Of a stretch of DNA of 64,000 nt, positions 1-14,623 are shown in pieces. A program made the position numbers and the translations under genes. Origin of the DNA: Leucoraja ocellata (taxonomy: Eukaryota); the NCBI GenBank assembly GCA_036785375.1, contig JAWMAR010000396.1, positions 1,116,001 through 1,180,000 of the forward strand, read 5' to 3'. Each line of letters opens with the position of its first letter. Position 1 is the first letter of the stretch. The notes below the pieces were generated by a model. The model worked only from the letters and a program-made list of their open reading frames with translations. It was not told where the DNA came from and did no database searches.

Positions 1-879
1 TCATTTCAAAGAATTCCCATTTGGTTTTGTTGACCATATTTCTTTGTTTGGTTAAACTTGTATTAAACCACTCTTCATTTGACACCAAACACTCTCATCC
101 AGATGAAAGATTACTTATGTATGTATGTATCCCATGTTATACTTTTCATGGGATACATTAACACTTTTCATGCCTGTCCTCCTAAGTTCCCACTTGCTCC
201 ACTTCATCGATGATTGCTCTTCCATTGAATTAGAAAATGTAATTGTTTTTATTTTCATTTTTGCATATTGTTGAATTTGATTTATCTCTTACCATTCTTG
301 ACCTGAGAATAGACTGTAATAAATATCTAATATAAGCTAACATTTTATACTTCCCACATGCTTTCTGTTTATGTTATCTCCATCATATCTGACCTAACAT
401 GCTAACTTTATGTGCTGGTATTTTGGACATTCTTCCTTTCCACTATGCAAACAATCTTTTGACTGTACCTGTCTCTTTTCCTGAACTTTTACCGTCACAT
501 TTTTTCCATCATCTTGCTCCTCTCTCGCTCTCTATTATCAGGGCACATGAGACATAGGACCAGGAGTAGATTATTTGGTTCTTCAAGTCTGTCCTCCATT
601 CAGCAAGATTATGGTTAATATTCTACCTAGTGCTGTTTTACAGCAATGGTGCCATATCCCCATAACTCTTTGATCATAATATGCAGAAATGGATCTCTTC
701 ATGACTTGCTTTTGAGTTGCATTTTTCCTTTCATCCCTCATGCCTCTGCATTTACTGTATCATCCTCTACCACCTCCATTACATTGTGCCATAGTTCAGA
801 GCTTGTATTCATTCACTTGCCATTATAATTGTTGATAGTGACTTCACTCTCCCAATTTGTATCGCTGGTTGTCTGACCT

Positions 880-1405
880 GTATAAGAAAACTCTTGCATC
901 TAAACATCGGCAAGACTGAAGCCATTGAATTTGATAACCCCTATATCTTTTGTTCCTTCACGTCTGTTTCATGTCTCTGTGATTGCAGGTTGTTTGCAAA
1001 TGTGTAACTTGCTTTTCCAGGTACAGAGATATACCAGTATAAAGAATGTTTACACCATCACATTGCCCATCTGCACCTTGCTTGTACATTTGCTGCTGAA
1101 ATTCATATCCATATCTTTATAAATAAATGTTAGTGCTTCAATGTATTCCAACAGGTTGTTTTTTTTATTCTCACCCTTACACTTGGTTTCTTGTTTTTAA
1201 CTTTCTCTTTAAAGCTAACCTCATTTAGCAATCTATTGAAATCTGAGCTCCTGACTTTGTAGACCCTGATTTTAATACTTTCATCGTTGATAGCAATGCA
1301 TCTTGCCTTCATAGAATCGTGGAATTACCTTCCATTAAGCCATTTTGACTCTGACTTCTTTCAAAATGCTGATCAACACATCACTTTGACCATGTTTGAC
1401 CACCT
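880..1405 (+). mobile_element. Highly decayed L2/CR1-group LINE 3' fragment
   Basis: Remnant RT C-terminal motifs (LHLNIGKTEAI; IAHLH...AAEI) broken by frameshifts. Confidence 0.45.
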
Positions 1406-2749
1406 AGCATGGCCTGTCAAATTTTATTCTAAAGTTTCTGCGAACATTCTTGTATCTTAATGAACTACCTTTATGTAGCAATTAAATTCTAAGTCACCCA
1501 TTGAAAATGCTCTTTAAGTAAATTTATTAACAGCAATTTTGAGTATCTGCAATATTTTGCATTTAGTTATTAGTTTTGCTTTTTTTTGGAGGCGTTGCAC
1601 ACGTGTTTGGTTACATCACAATGACAAGGATCATTGATTTGAGATGAGGATGAGCTTTGGCCATCCCTGGAAGTGATCATGATGATGTTTGGGCTCAGTA
1701 TCCACTCCATACAATCACGAAGCAGAAGATAACGTGACCCATTGTATTGTCATGAGTTCAACATTAATGCAGCACTTTGCTCTTCCCCCAACCAGCAGTT
1801 GCCCAAAATCTTTTAAAAATCTGGCTTTTGGTGTCTGTAATTGAGCAAACAACTCCAGTTGGTAGTCTTATCATCTTGCTTGGAAGTTCCTGGTGCAAAG
1901 TCTTTATCCGAGAATTTTCAACCATGTAGCATAATGTGAAAATACGTATTCTTCGTGAAACGTGTCTCCTGGTTAATATCATTGTTTCACCTTTACACTC
2001 ATAGATAAATATCCTTCTATTTCGCAAGCTGTAGTTAGATGCCAGTTGTACAGAGTGCGCAAGAATGTCAATTTGATGGTGTAACGCAGTCCTTGGTAGT
2101 TTGAAACAAGGATTTGTCACTTGTTGAGGGTCAAAGCAGACTGCTATTTTCAATTTGTAAAACTATATTAATTGCTTCATTATACTGTTATTTTATTTGT
2201 GTTTTACAAAAGGTAATATATTCCAGAATCAAGGGAATTTTGGAAGGACATTCAATGTGTTCACTTCCTCTGCAGCACGGACAATATTAGTTCCTGATGA
2301 TTTGTGAGATGTTGGTTTCCTTACATTTTCACTGCTTTCTCATTACTGATATTAATTATTTTTCAGTTTCTTTGTTTTATCCTCTGTACCTTTTGCAGTT
2401 AAGCCAAACATATATATATATAAAGATTGGCCCAAAAAAAAAGAACTGGAGAAGAAAGCTGGAAAAGATAAATGATGGTTAGGCAAAGCATGGCAAGTGA
2501 TAGATGGCTTCAGGTCAAGGGTGCCAGTAATTGGCAGGTGGAATAAATGACAACGGCTGAAGGGTGAAAAGGAGACAAGGATTGTCAGATAAGTTATGAG
2601 AGAAATGTAAGCTAGTGGGAGGAAGGAAAAGAGTGGAACGGGATGAGGGAGATAAAATAGAAATGTTGGACCCGGATAGGAGATGAGCATAACGAGGGGA
2701 AAGGAGCAGGGTGACTCGGGAGTTGGAGGACCATGAGTCCCATGTTTTA

Positions 2750-3066
2750 ATTTCATCTCCCTTCTTTCCCCTCTTCCTTTCTTCTTCCACCCATATTCCT
2801 TCCTCTGGCTTTACATTTCACTCATCTTCTCTTCTCGTCTTTGTCACTAACTCCACCCCACACCCTTTTGTCGCCTGTATCCACCTACTATTTGCCAGGC
2901 TTTATCCCATCCCCACCTCTTTTCTAGCTTTATCCTCTCTACTCCACTCAATCTGAGGAAGGGCCCTGATCCTAAAAACACCGTCAGTCCATTTCCCCCC
3001 ACAGATGCTGCCTGACCTGTTGCACTTTGTGCTTACAATTCCAGCATATGCCTGTCTTTGCATCTC
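2750..3066 (+). mobile_element. Penelope-like element 3' terminal-repeat fragment
   Basis: Pyrimidine-rich tract, then degenerate ctgaggaaggg... and cagatgctgcctgacctg...ccagcat block shared with the GIY-YIG-bearing copy at 62.5 kb. Confidence 0.6.
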
Positions 3067-4519
3067 CACTTAAAGTTTGGCCACTTTGTTCACATATTAT
3101 TGTCTTTATCGGGGTCCCAATTAATTTTCTTTTGCAGCTTACTGTTTTGCTCAGATGTTGGAGTAAAATACTATTTCTTGCCAAGTTATTCTCAGCCTGT
3201 TTTCCATTTGGGTGTTTTGGTTATTTTATGCTGCCTGCGTAAACTACAAATTCCTTGGTTTATGCTTTTCTTCCACGATATTATTCTTTTGATTAATGCT
3301 ATCATTAATTTCAGTTAACTTTTGGATCATTTTTCTCAATGAGTTTTATCTCTGAAAGGAATGTACATTCATTAGGATTTTTTAAATGCTAGTTTATATG
3401 CTGATATTTTCTTCTAGTAAACCCTCTAATTTCCATATTTGCACAAATCACCACTCGTACATAATTGGGTTTATTGGAGTTCAAGTCTTAAGTTTCCAAC
3501 TGACCTGAATTACTTTTGAACCAGATTGAAAGAGTTGGAGTTGATATTTAGTGCGATGGTGAGTTTGAGACGATCAGGCCCAATTAGTTTTATATAGGGG
3601 GTTGGAGCAGAAGTGCTTTCTGAGACTGATTCTTGAGAAAATGTTTCCGTCGCACATGCAACCATATTTTATACAAATGTTCGATTGAAGATCTTTCATC
3701 CTTGTTCATTCCCTTGCCCTATCTGAACTTATACCCTTCCTTGTCCTCTGTGATCATTCCTTTCTCCCTCCCTAAAACTATCCTAGATAGATTATATATG
3801 ATATTCATACAGTCTGCGCTGTTGTTGTTAACTTGGCAGGCACTTTACATACAATGGTAATTATTAATATGAAATACTGATGAGGCTGGACTACCTTATC
3901 GTATTCATGGGGACACGGCAGCTGGGCTGTAATTGCTCTATTAAGGTGAAACTTAAATCTGCAACTGATCAATCTGTCACTGAATGCTGCAATGTTCACT
4001 CTTGTACAGTATCATCCCATGTGTTATTTATTTCCACATGAAACATAGAAGTTTTATGTATCAACAATCTGATCTGACTCCCCTAATTTTCAGACTTCCC
4101 ATTTACAAATTCTCAACATGTGACAAATCCTTGTTTCAGACTTCCCATTATTGCCAGGGTTTGTTATAGATTCAGCATGTATATTGAGAAGAAGGATTAA
4201 TGTAGTCTGTCTGGCACGTTTTTGACTTTTAACCCCACTTTTGGGTGTTCTTCACCACAAGAGATTTTGGTAAACAGAGTCATTTTACTTTAATACTCAA
4301 AATCAAGTATAATAAACTCTGGCAGAATAAAGGTCAGACCAAAGACCATTCACTAACCATCTTTTTCCTTTGAGCACTAGATAAGTACTTTTTCTTACTT
4401 GGAAACCTTTATGCAAAGTCTTCTCTGACATTTATCACATTCACCTTTGGAGGGAAAAAAAGAGCATATGACAGGTTGTAAACTGAAGTGAAAACCAGGC
4501 TTCAGAGTGGAAATGAAAA

Positions 4520-5200
4520 AGGAACTGAGAGCACAAGAAAATGGCAATAATTATAAAAAGGGAATCCAAAATTATCCTATGGGAATGTGAACAGGAAGAG
4601 CAGTAGAAGAATAGAAGAGGGACCAATCAGAAATCGAAAAAGGAAATTTATTCCTTGAGACACTAAATGAGTACTTGTCAGTCATCATGCATGATGTTAC
4701 CATGGAATCGTTGCAAACTAAGAGCCATTTGAGATTCTGTATTGATCCAAAGTTGGTAAAGACTGAAAAAAAATCTTAAGTTGAGATTTTTTCTGAACCA
4801 GTCATTTTATCCGAGCCATGGCATCCTGGCATGCTAAGGGAAGTAAGGAAGAAAATTGGCGCAGCAGTGGCTATAATGTTTCAAAAATTGATAAATTAAG
4901 GAGTGGTGTCTGAAGACTAGAAATGTTAAACCCTTGTTCAAAAACAGATGTCCATTAACTACAAACCAGTCGGTTTCATCTTGGTGATGAGGAAAATACT
5001 AGATAGAAATAATAGGGCAGAACCAGGACTCCAGTGCATTAGGTTCGAATGATTCAAAAAGATCAGCATGGATTTGGTTAAAACAAATCATGCTTAGCTA
5101 GTTTGACAGATTTTTGAACTATTGGGAAGACTAAGGGAAATGTGATATTGTTAGTGTATGTGGACTTCCAAAATCATTTCCCTTGTATTCAGCTTGTGAT
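4520..5200 (+). mobile_element. Decayed CR1 LINE ORF2 fragment
   Basis: Degenerate RT motifs (PLFK, NYKPV, QHGF, VYVDF) with stops and frameshifts. Confidence 0.6.
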
Positions 5201-5599
5201 CAAGAGTGAAGATGATCAAATAAAAGCTTATCAGCAACACACGTTCATCTCTTTCTAAAGTGCAGGTCCCTAATTGCATTTTGGCCCTCATTCACAGCTT
5301 GTAATGGATATACACGCTCATTCTTTGGAGATTGCTTCTTGTTATGCTCTATGGTAGCCATTGGCGATTAAGCTAACACAATAGGGAAATCACTATACTG
5401 GGGAGAACTGTGCAGTTCTCAACAGAGAAAGGGAGATAACAACTTCCATCTCGTGCAACGGGAGGTGATGAGACTGCCCATATGATCTAAGTTGTCTGTC
5501 AGCATGTGGAGCAACCATTTCTAATAATAGCTAACAATAGCTCTTGCATACTGTACTGACTAAGATGGAACTGAGACCCACATCTTGATCTTGCCCTAG

Positions 5600-5855
5600 C
5601 CCACTCAACAGTGGCCTTCATGGTAGTGGCATAATTGTGCCGCTGCCGGTCGGAACGGCTGTTGAATGTTATTGAATGTTATTAGAGGGTTAAATTGTTC
5701 ATGACATGTATTTTAATTTTAACTGCTATTTATTTTGTAACGAAAACTGAATGGACACTGGTTGAGAAATGTTTTTTTGTTTCCTCTGGGTATGCGAATA
5801 CTCAGGAAATGACAATAAAGATTTACAATTACAATTACAATTACAATTACAATTT
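5600..5855 (+). mobile_element. Non-LTR retroelement 3' end with AATAAA and (ACAATT)n tail
   Basis: gacaataaagattt followed by about 5 copies of acaatt (5825-5854). Confidence 0.5.
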
Positions 5856-6936
5856 GCCCCATTCTGCATTCTAAGGAAAGATCTGAAGGCTTTGCACAGA
5901 GTGCAAAGATATTGACCAAAACGATCCCAGAGGATGTGAAAGGTTACTTACGTGGACTGAAGAAGCTGGTAGTGTTCTCCTTGGAGAGAGGATATTGCAG
6001 TGGGAGAAACTGGCCCTTTTCAAAGAGGGATCAAAACAGGGTGCATAAAATGAATATTTGTTAAAGGAACCAAAAGTCACATGATTAAGTGGGTAGACTC
6101 TAAGATGTGCCACCATGATTAGTGAGGGAGGCAAATTAAATGCAACAGCTCAAAAAGAGAGTTGTATAAATATTTGAAAGAATAGAATTTTTAACTGGCA
6201 AGAGGATTGATGACTAAATCATTTGGAGCCAGTGTGATGTACCTTCTGCACTGTAATGGTTCTCTGAACTGAACTTACTGGGCCAAAGTGGTTATATATA
6301 AGTTCTTATATATGGCCTCTGAAATGGCTGAAAAAGCTACACAAACTTTTAATCCAAGCACAATAAGAAAACATCCCACCCAAGGCAACCTATTCAAACA
6401 TGACAAAATGCTGACATGGCCCATTCTGCAATATTCCCCATTCAGCATCTGGGAGTTGACAAACATGCACTGGCCTGATGTAGCTTCTGCGGAATTGAGC
6501 CTTTTACCCTGGGCAATAGACTCGCATGTGATGATGCTTGGGTTATGCTCCCATGCAGTTGGAATAGAGCTACCCAGTGGATGTGACAGAGATGCTGTTA
6601 TCCACTCAGGAAAGACTAAACTAAACAAACAGATTCTGACTATACCCTAACGATTCTCATAATTTAAAAAACTTCTATCAGGTCGTCTCAATCTCTCTGA
6701 CACTCAAGAAAAAAACAAGCCATGTATCTGGCATGTTGTATGCCCTGGCCAACTTTGGGAATGGTCTGACATGATACAATATTAGCATCACACGTGTCAG
6801 ATAGTGATCATCTTACATCATTCAAAGTTTGATGTCTTGATTGTGGCAGATTTGTCGATTGACTGAGTCCATTATCAAAAACATTTACGCATACAATGTT
6901 GTACGAGATTTAACAATGGCATTCAATGTCATTAAA

Positions 6937-7077
6937 GGGGTGGGAGATTGCAACCTTCACGTGGTCCGCCCTGTTTCGACGAATGCAATCAACCTGGCGG
7001 GCACAATCAAATAAGATCAAATAGAACAAGTTGTCCTACAACTTTAGGCTGTGCACACTATACGCAAGAAGAAGAAG
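6937..7077 (+). repeat. Short interspersed element with (GAA)n tail, unclassified
   Basis: CpG-containing 140-bp block of distinct composition ending gcaagaagaagaag. Confidence 0.4.
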
Positions 7078-8280
7078 GATGGCATTTTAAAAAACGAGTA
7101 AATGTATGTGGTTTAGCAAATCTATATATGATGCCTTTATAAGAGGGGTGTCCTGTCGATGTCAAGAGTGACTGAGCTGGCTTAAAATGTAGGTTCAATT
7201 CAGAATTACTTTTGCATATTTATGTTGCAATCTCTGCTGTCATTTGCACCATGTCCATGTCTTTGGTGGTGGTAAATGATCCAAGGCCCAATGGGTTAGG
7301 CAGGAAAAAAAGGTCTGCCAGCATTGGTTATATTGTTCACACATTACTTGGCATTGCAGCACACAAACCAGATCGGCCACTCGCTCAGTTCTGGCTGAAG
7401 TGGGACCCTGTTGCTTCCAGTCCTACTCCACACTCTTTGTGAAAGGTGGTGTACCAGATGTGTCTTACTACTGCAAGGATCCATTCTAGCTAATAATGAA
7501 CTGCTGTAATTAGGCAGTGGCAGGTTACAGTTTCTGTGTAGTTATGACATTGTTGCACAGGGCCAGAACCTATCTTAACACTGGAACAGATCAGAGTGAG
7601 CCTAACAGATGGTATTAATCACAGGCGGGCAAAATGTGACTTTTATCTGCCCTGACCATATTTTTAAAATTTATCTCTTGAGATCCTGCTTCATAAATGG
7701 CAAGCAGGATATGTGCGTGAGAGATGTTTATCTAATACCTAAAATTCTGCAATGACAGTATTGGAATGAATTTCCTTCCGTCTTATACGGCCTGGTCAAA
7801 AGATCTATTAGGTTGGCCAAATACAATTTGGCTTTTAACAAACTTATTTCTCAAGTTAAACTTCAAGTTCATGTTTCATCTTATTATTTCTATAAGCTTC
7901 CTCAAAATAGGTTGGAACAATACCATTTCCACTTTTTAGTCCTCTGAAGCCTAACCTACATAGGAACTCTTGGAAGATCATGGGAAGCCCTTGTATAACT
8001 CCTGCTCTTAGTTCTCTCATCGATCCAGGATGCATCTCATTTAAACCAATATCTTGTTTAAGCACAGCTCATTTTTCTGTGCTCATCAACGTGTGATTTC
8101 TCTATCACGTTCCCATCTGAGATTTTGGCAGTTTTCTTTGGAAACAGTAAAAAATAATAATTTAGTTATTCCGGTTACACTGCCCTTTCTATGCATAATT
8201 TAGCTTGGTGCTTAACCCACTCCATTCCTGCTCCTACAGTGGACTTTTGCATTTTTTTTTGGCAATTACTATTCCCTGTA

Positions 8281-8461
8281 CAGGCGCTCCCCGATTTACA
8301 ATGCTTTGACTTCCGATATTTCGACTTTACGATCGTCAAATGCTCGGCAACGGCAGCGAGCCGCATGTCACTTCCAGTCACGTGATCACATTGTATTAAA
8401 TATGTTTTCGACTTACGGTATCAGAACGTAACCCCATCCATCATAGGTCGAGGAGCAACTG
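8281..8461. mobile_element. Tc1/mariner (pogo/Tigger-like) MITE
   Basis: TA|caggcgctccccgatttac ... ataggtcgaggagcaactg|TA: imperfect TIRs with TA target duplication. Confidence 0.75.
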
Positions 8462-8750
8462 TATCTCTAATTGGTTTGCCTTTTCCTTTTCACTTCCTCA
8501 GCTTACTTTATTCACACTGGTCCTCCATGGAATTATTCATCTGAAGTCAATGTGTGTGCGTGTAACAAGGGCACTTCACTGCTGATAGCTATAAAAATTT
8601 AAAATGGGTGTTAAAAGTATAGTAGTGATTAGAAAACTGAATGCTTTTTATTGTGTGTAAGATCAATAACTACTGTACTGTTGCCTTTTAAAGAACCAAA
8701 TGATTGTCAGAATAATATTATTTACTGATTGTTTCCATTTTCATTTTTAG

Positions 8751-8819
8751 AACCGGGTTTGGCAGAGAGATCACAGAGACCTCCGAGCAATTCAGCCTGA
8801 TTCGGCATATTATAATGAT
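8751..8819 (+). CDS. WDR33: WDR33 coding exon 3 (human numbering), [23 protein letters not shown]
   Basis: Acceptor ttttag|AAC and donor GAT|gtaagg; 69 nt, phase 0-0; translation matches recalled vertebrate WDR33 [23 protein letters not shown]. Confidence 0.95.
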
Positions 8820-9126
8820 GTAAGGAAAGATCATTGTAAATAGCCTGTAATTGTTTGATGTGTAGCTTCTCTTTGTTTTCTTGCTCTTTATCTGTTTGTT
8901 TTGCGGGCAGTGGTGCATAAACGTATATCTTTGAATATTAAGTTCCATAATAGTTCAATCATTTTGACAATTAACTTTCATTTTGTGAATATGCTTCATA
9001 GGATATGGAGTCGAAAGAAACTGCTAATAAAAGTGACAATTTAATTTTAACTAATACATCTTACGGTTGCTAGCTTTGGAAAAGATTGCGGTTTAATTTA
9101 CGGATTAAGCTTATATTTAAGGGCAG

Positions 9127-9531
9127 CTAGACCAAGTGCACCGTTGGGTCTGCTCCCCCAATGGTGTGATCCCCCAACCCAATATTCCACCATGCACCCG
9201 TCTCCTCCAACGGAACTGAAGCCGTTCCCAAATGTAAGATTCCAGCACACCCCTGCCTCCCTCAGCAGTGGATTGAAAGAAAATTCAAATTGCACCTCCC
9301 CTGCCTGCTGCAGCAGTTCCAATTGCAATACCAATTGGCCCTCCCCCTCCTGTTGAAGCACTTGGTGTGATATGCCATTGAGGTGAAAAGTTCAGAGTGT
9401 TCCTGTCTTGCAACTTTGTATTGAAGTGTGTTGGAAGCTGATAGGAAGGAGCAGCCGTCAACGAATCAAAAGGCAGAAAGACAGCCGGACGGACGGCAGT
9501 CGGCAGCCGCAGAGTTTTATATAATAATAGA
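9127..9531 (-). mobile_element. Non-autonomous Helitron-like element
   Basis: Minus strand begins TCTATTATTATATAAAACTC and ends ...cacttggtCTAG with a degenerate subterminal hairpin; same 3' end as the element at 23204. Confidence 0.65.

Positions 9532-9532
<1 letters not shown>

Positions 9533-9573
<41 letters not shown>
9533..9573. repeat. (TAGA)n microsatellite
   Basis: About 10 perfect tagata/gata units abutting the Helitron-like 5' end. Confidence 0.95.
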
Positions 9574-10785
9574 GAAGTCTGAAAAAAGAGCAGCGTTACT
9601 GGAGTGGTTCAAGGATTGGTGTCGGATGAAAATACAATCATTCTTCTTATTTTGTTGAAAGAACCTGAAATATTTTCAAAAAAATACATAAATTCTGTGG
9701 CAGTAGTACATCGGAGGTTAGTCGTAGTATTCATTTCACTATTCAGCAATAACTGAAAACCAATGTTTTTCAACTTTAAAACGGAGTGCCTTGACTCTTA
9801 GAAGTTGAGTTTGGTGGGTCAGAGAGAGGTGAGAATGCTACCCCGAGCCAGTGGTGGGTAATAGTGAATTAAACCAATCGTGTGATTTAAATAACAGGAG
9901 TTTTGCAGAGTCTGTCAAGGAAAGGTGCATTCCTTTCAGCTTCCCTCCTGCTGCCACCTTGAGATCCCATAATGTTGGAACTGACCTCGGTGTCAGTGAT
10001 GCAGCATTCATTGCATGTGGAACATACAGTAGAACGGTACAGCAGAACATTGGACCAGAACCCTCGACCCACAGTTTTTGTACGGACTATGATGCCAATT
10101 TAAAATTCATGATGGTCTGCACGATGTCTATGTCCTTCCATTATCTGCCTAATCATGCGTCTGCATAAATGCCTCGTGTTTCTTTTGTATCTGCATCCAT
10201 CACTTTTCCCCGCAGCTCGTTCCATAATCAGGATTTTAGCCTCTTGAACGTTGGAAATAGAACCAATCAGTACCTTTGGAATGGAAGTGAATGTAGTCAC
10301 TTATAAGAAAATAATTTGCATGTCCCTGGAGAAGGAGTTACATGAATGTGACTGATGCGATTGCTCAACTTGGTACTAATATTAGCTGGATGAGCCAAAT
10401 ATTTGGTGCCTGCACCATTACAATTCTTTTAGAATTTTGCTGAGCATGAACAGTGTTGGTGAATCAATCTCAAGTTGACCTTATGGTTTAATTTCAATAT
10501 GTTATAATTGGTCATAAAGCCATTTAGCACAGCAAAAGGTCCTTCAGGCAAACCTAGTTCATGACGACCTTGAAATGCCTGCCAATGGCATGAGCTGTTC
10601 TGGTGTACTGTTGGATTGATTTGGTTTATGATTTTTTTTGTTATGTTTGTTGATGATTTTACATATGTTGTGATATCTTTGTGCTGCTGGTTCTCTTGCT
10701 GCCATTGCCATTGTTCCTGTCGGTAAATCTTGCACTATAATGCAGATGGAAAGGTTGGTTTACATCTATCTTCAATATTTTCCAG

Positions 10786-10890
10786 CTGGTGCCACCCATG
10801 GGAATGCTGCAGAATCCAATGAATGCTGTAACAACTAAGTTTGTCCGAACCTCAACCAATAAAGTAAAGTGTCCAGTGTTTGTTGTCAGG
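10786..10890 (+). CDS. WDR33: WDR33 exon 4, [35 protein letters not shown]
   Basis: tccag|CTG ... AGG|gtaagt; 105 nt, phase 0-0; contains the conserved [10 protein letters not shown] motif. Confidence 0.97.
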
Positions 10891-11346
10891 GTAAGTTCTC
10901 AAGGAAAGAAGATAGAGTTATGAATCTTCTAACTTTGCAGTGGATTTCCTCTGCATTCAAGAAACATTCATTTAATCCTCATTATAATGAAGGAATTGGA
11001 TGACCATAAAAAGTTCAGATTCAAAAATGCTGTGGAACTGGTTAACAATATAAAGCATCGAGATCAATTTTGCAGATGTAATGAATAGTCTTCAATTCCA
11101 ATCCAATTCAGTTTTCCACCTCCAAAACATCGTTACCATTTCTCTTTGCTGTTCACAATAAATAGGGTCATCTCTATTACACCAACCTTTTCCATTGCTC
11201 TTGTACTATGGTCAGCTTGTCACATTTGTTCATAAATGCTTTGATCAAGATGTTCTTTATTTTATTCTAGTGCTATTAAATTGGCACTTCATTACCATTT
11301 TTGTTTTCTGCTTTGTATTAACACTTGTTACTTCTAATGCCACCAT

Positions 11347-11650
11347 AGGGTGGTGCAGCTGGTAGAGCTGCTGCCTCACAATGCCAAAGAGTGCGGGTTC
11401 GATCCTGACCTCGGGTGTTGTGTCTGTTTGGACGTTGCTTATTTCACTCGTGATTTTTCTGGATACTTTAGTTTCCTCCATCATTCCAAAGACATGCAGC
11501 TTTGTAGGTTAATTGGCCTCTGTAATTTGTCCCAAGTGTGTACACAACGGAAGCAAAAGTGGGATAACATAGAACTATGAGCGGATGATTATAGTTGGTG
11601 TAGACTTGAATAGAAAGACCTGTTTCCATGTTGTATCTTTCAATCAATCA
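11347..11650 (+). mobile_element. tRNA-derived SINE (HE1/V-SINE-like)
   Basis: A box tggtgcagctgg and B box ggttcgatcc, central tttcctcc...caaagac domain, CR1-like 3' end cctgtttccatgttgtatc plus (tcaa)n tail. Confidence 0.85.
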
Positions 11651-12301
11651 TAACATTTAATTTCTGTGTTATTCCTCATCAATGTTGCGATTGGAGGAAT
11701 TCCATTCTGATACAAACCACAAAACTTTTTCTTTGTGTCTGCATTTAATTAACGTAGGAAAAATTATTTCTACACTAGATGTTGTTACTTGAGCTGAAAT
11801 GAATGTGCAGTTATGTAAACTGGTTGTGGGAATTAAGGGTGCACAGGAATTTTAATTTGACTGCTTTTGCAAGTCCATGTTAAACTCGCATATTCTTAAC
11901 ATACCTGACTATTTGGGGGGGTGTTCCTATGCCCATGTATTTGTTTTCACCTGATGGGTGGGTTTACGCATTCCTAGATTAAATTGCGATTTATTATTTT
12001 GGCGACCTTGAAGGCTTATTTCGTAGGTGCAACATGAAATAACAATGAATGATCTCTATATATCTTCCACTAAAGTTGAAAACTAAATTAGATCTTTCAT
12101 TAATCTTAAACATTTGACCTAAGCCTATGGCTCTGCCATGGACCATCCAGAAATAATTGCCAGTCTTGTTAAAAACTAGACGTATGAAATGTTTGAAAGG
12201 TGTGAACTTGTTTTGTGTTTCTGTATTAGTGTTTTCATGTTATGCCTGCGTTTTGAGCTGCTTATTTCTGTGTGTAAATGATTGTTTTTGTTCTGATCTA
12301 G

Positions 12302-12430
<129 letters not shown>

Positions 12431-14022
12431 TAATGTTAGAGGGTGGAGCTGTAGAGTTGTGTTCTGTTTTGTAGCAATTCATTTCTAACAATGTATTTCA
12501 AATGTATCCATTGAAATAAGTACCCATTGTGCATTACAGTCATTACATTGATAAACAAATGCTCATTTGTTAGTTTTCTCTTGCTCGGGAAGGTAGGACA
12601 ATTATCCAGACTGTTGGTGGGACAATTTCTGGCTGTTTTTGTCAGAAACTGCAGTCGCATTGCACTTGTTCCTTTGCTGTATGGCAATTTTCATATTTTC
12701 ACATCCTTATCCATTTTGCCTTTTCTATTTTGACAAATCAGTTTGACACCTGTTTCGTGTTTCTGCCCATGTCTCAATTTATATAAACAAGATGGAGAAG
12801 GTATTTTATTCTAATTTTGCCTGGTACTTTCATATCTTGATGGATCCTGTTGATTGCCAAACTGAGATTATAAATATGACCTTAAGGAAAATGTAACACA
12901 AATTATGCACACTTCCTAGTGGTAATGTACACTTGTCCCCCAGGAGCACAATATCTCTCCCTTCATCTTCCTGCTCTGCCAAGCACCACTTACCCAACAT
13001 GTGACAGCATTGCAGGTCCCATGTTAGCTTCATTAACTACCACAGAACCAGAGTAAAAAAGTGAGAAAGTGCCAACTGAAAATGAATAGAGTCTGAGACT
13101 GATTAAGAACATACTATTGGACATTCCCTGCTGCTTTCTAGTGTCTATTCTTCATCGTAGATTTGTTCCATCGCTATATCTTTATTGAGTAGTGTTAATA
13201 TTGAAAACCATAATTTTCAATTCACAAAACAGTGTTAGAGCAACATTAGTAAATATTGTCATGACAACATACTTGTCTAGGATCATCTCGACACCATCAG
13301 AGCTCATAACCTGTGATTCTCTTTCCCAAAGATCCTAAGTATTTAATATATTTTCATGCTATTCATTTTGCATTTGAGATTTCAACTTATTGCTTTCTAT
13401 CCTACTTGTGTTGTGTTCTGATGTTTGACCTCAGTTGGTAGACTTTACTGATTGTGCCTAGTGTGCCTACTTTTTAGAGACAATATCCCCATTTAAAGAA
13501 GTAACTTCTGTATCATGTCTGCCATGTGTGAGCTTACCATATGGCCTAGAGATTCCCAGGCTGTTCCTGGGGTTACTTGTTCATAGTACTGAGGTCATTG
13601 TTGCTGAGGATGATTTGTAATTGCGTAGAGGTTGTGTCTAGTTTCTATTATGTCCTCACTTCTTGCAGAGGTGTTGCACACTGACAGATGCCAAAACTAC
13701 TCTCTTTCTCCATATTCACAGTGGATACCTTCACATGCCCGTAACTTTATAAGAGATAGCCTAGTTGATTTAAAAAAATATATGAGTTATGTGCAAACAT
13801 TCAGAGAAATATTGAAAATTAGGTTTAGTGTTGGTACCAGTCTATCCGGTATTTAAGTATTTATTATCCTGAAACCGATTCCCAGGCTGATGAAATATCA
13901 CTAAAGCTAGCATTAGACCGATACTTTTCTTGAAAAGAAAAATAAATGTGCATTTCATATGACATGGAAATTAAACTTGTGAGGCATCTGAGAATGTAAT
14001 CAATATTTTTTTTTCTCAATAG

Positions 14023-14487
<465 letters not shown>

Positions 14488-14494
14488 CATTTTA

Positions 14495-14623
14495 AATAAA
14501 GTATTTCCTTTTTCTAAAACTGAATAAAGGTTAAAACTTCAGAAATAAAGCCAGTTGCAACATCAAAGTAAAATGGTCACCAGTATCCCGGTGGTGGTGA
14601 TCCATGGAGAGGTTAAAAATAAA
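14495..14623 (+). terminator. Cluster of intronic polyadenylation signals (AATAAA x4)
   Basis: AATAAA at 14495, 14523, 14544 and 14618; TGTA (CFIm-type) at 14444 and 14472; T-rich tracts at 14501-14515 and about 14755-14815. Confidence 0.6.

Noticed and set aside
1764-2153. 129-aa minus-strand ORF
   Set aside because: No recognisable family or splice context; at most a faint resemblance to a decayed L2 RT.
9144-9356. ORF containing RFQH, reminiscent of the WDR33 N-terminus (MPRFQH)
   Set aside because: Lies downstream of exon 3 inside a Helitron-like element; chance 4-residue match.
11347-11420. tRNA-like A/B boxes (also at about 58520)
   Set aside because: Heads of tRNA-derived SINEs; no complete cloverleaf.
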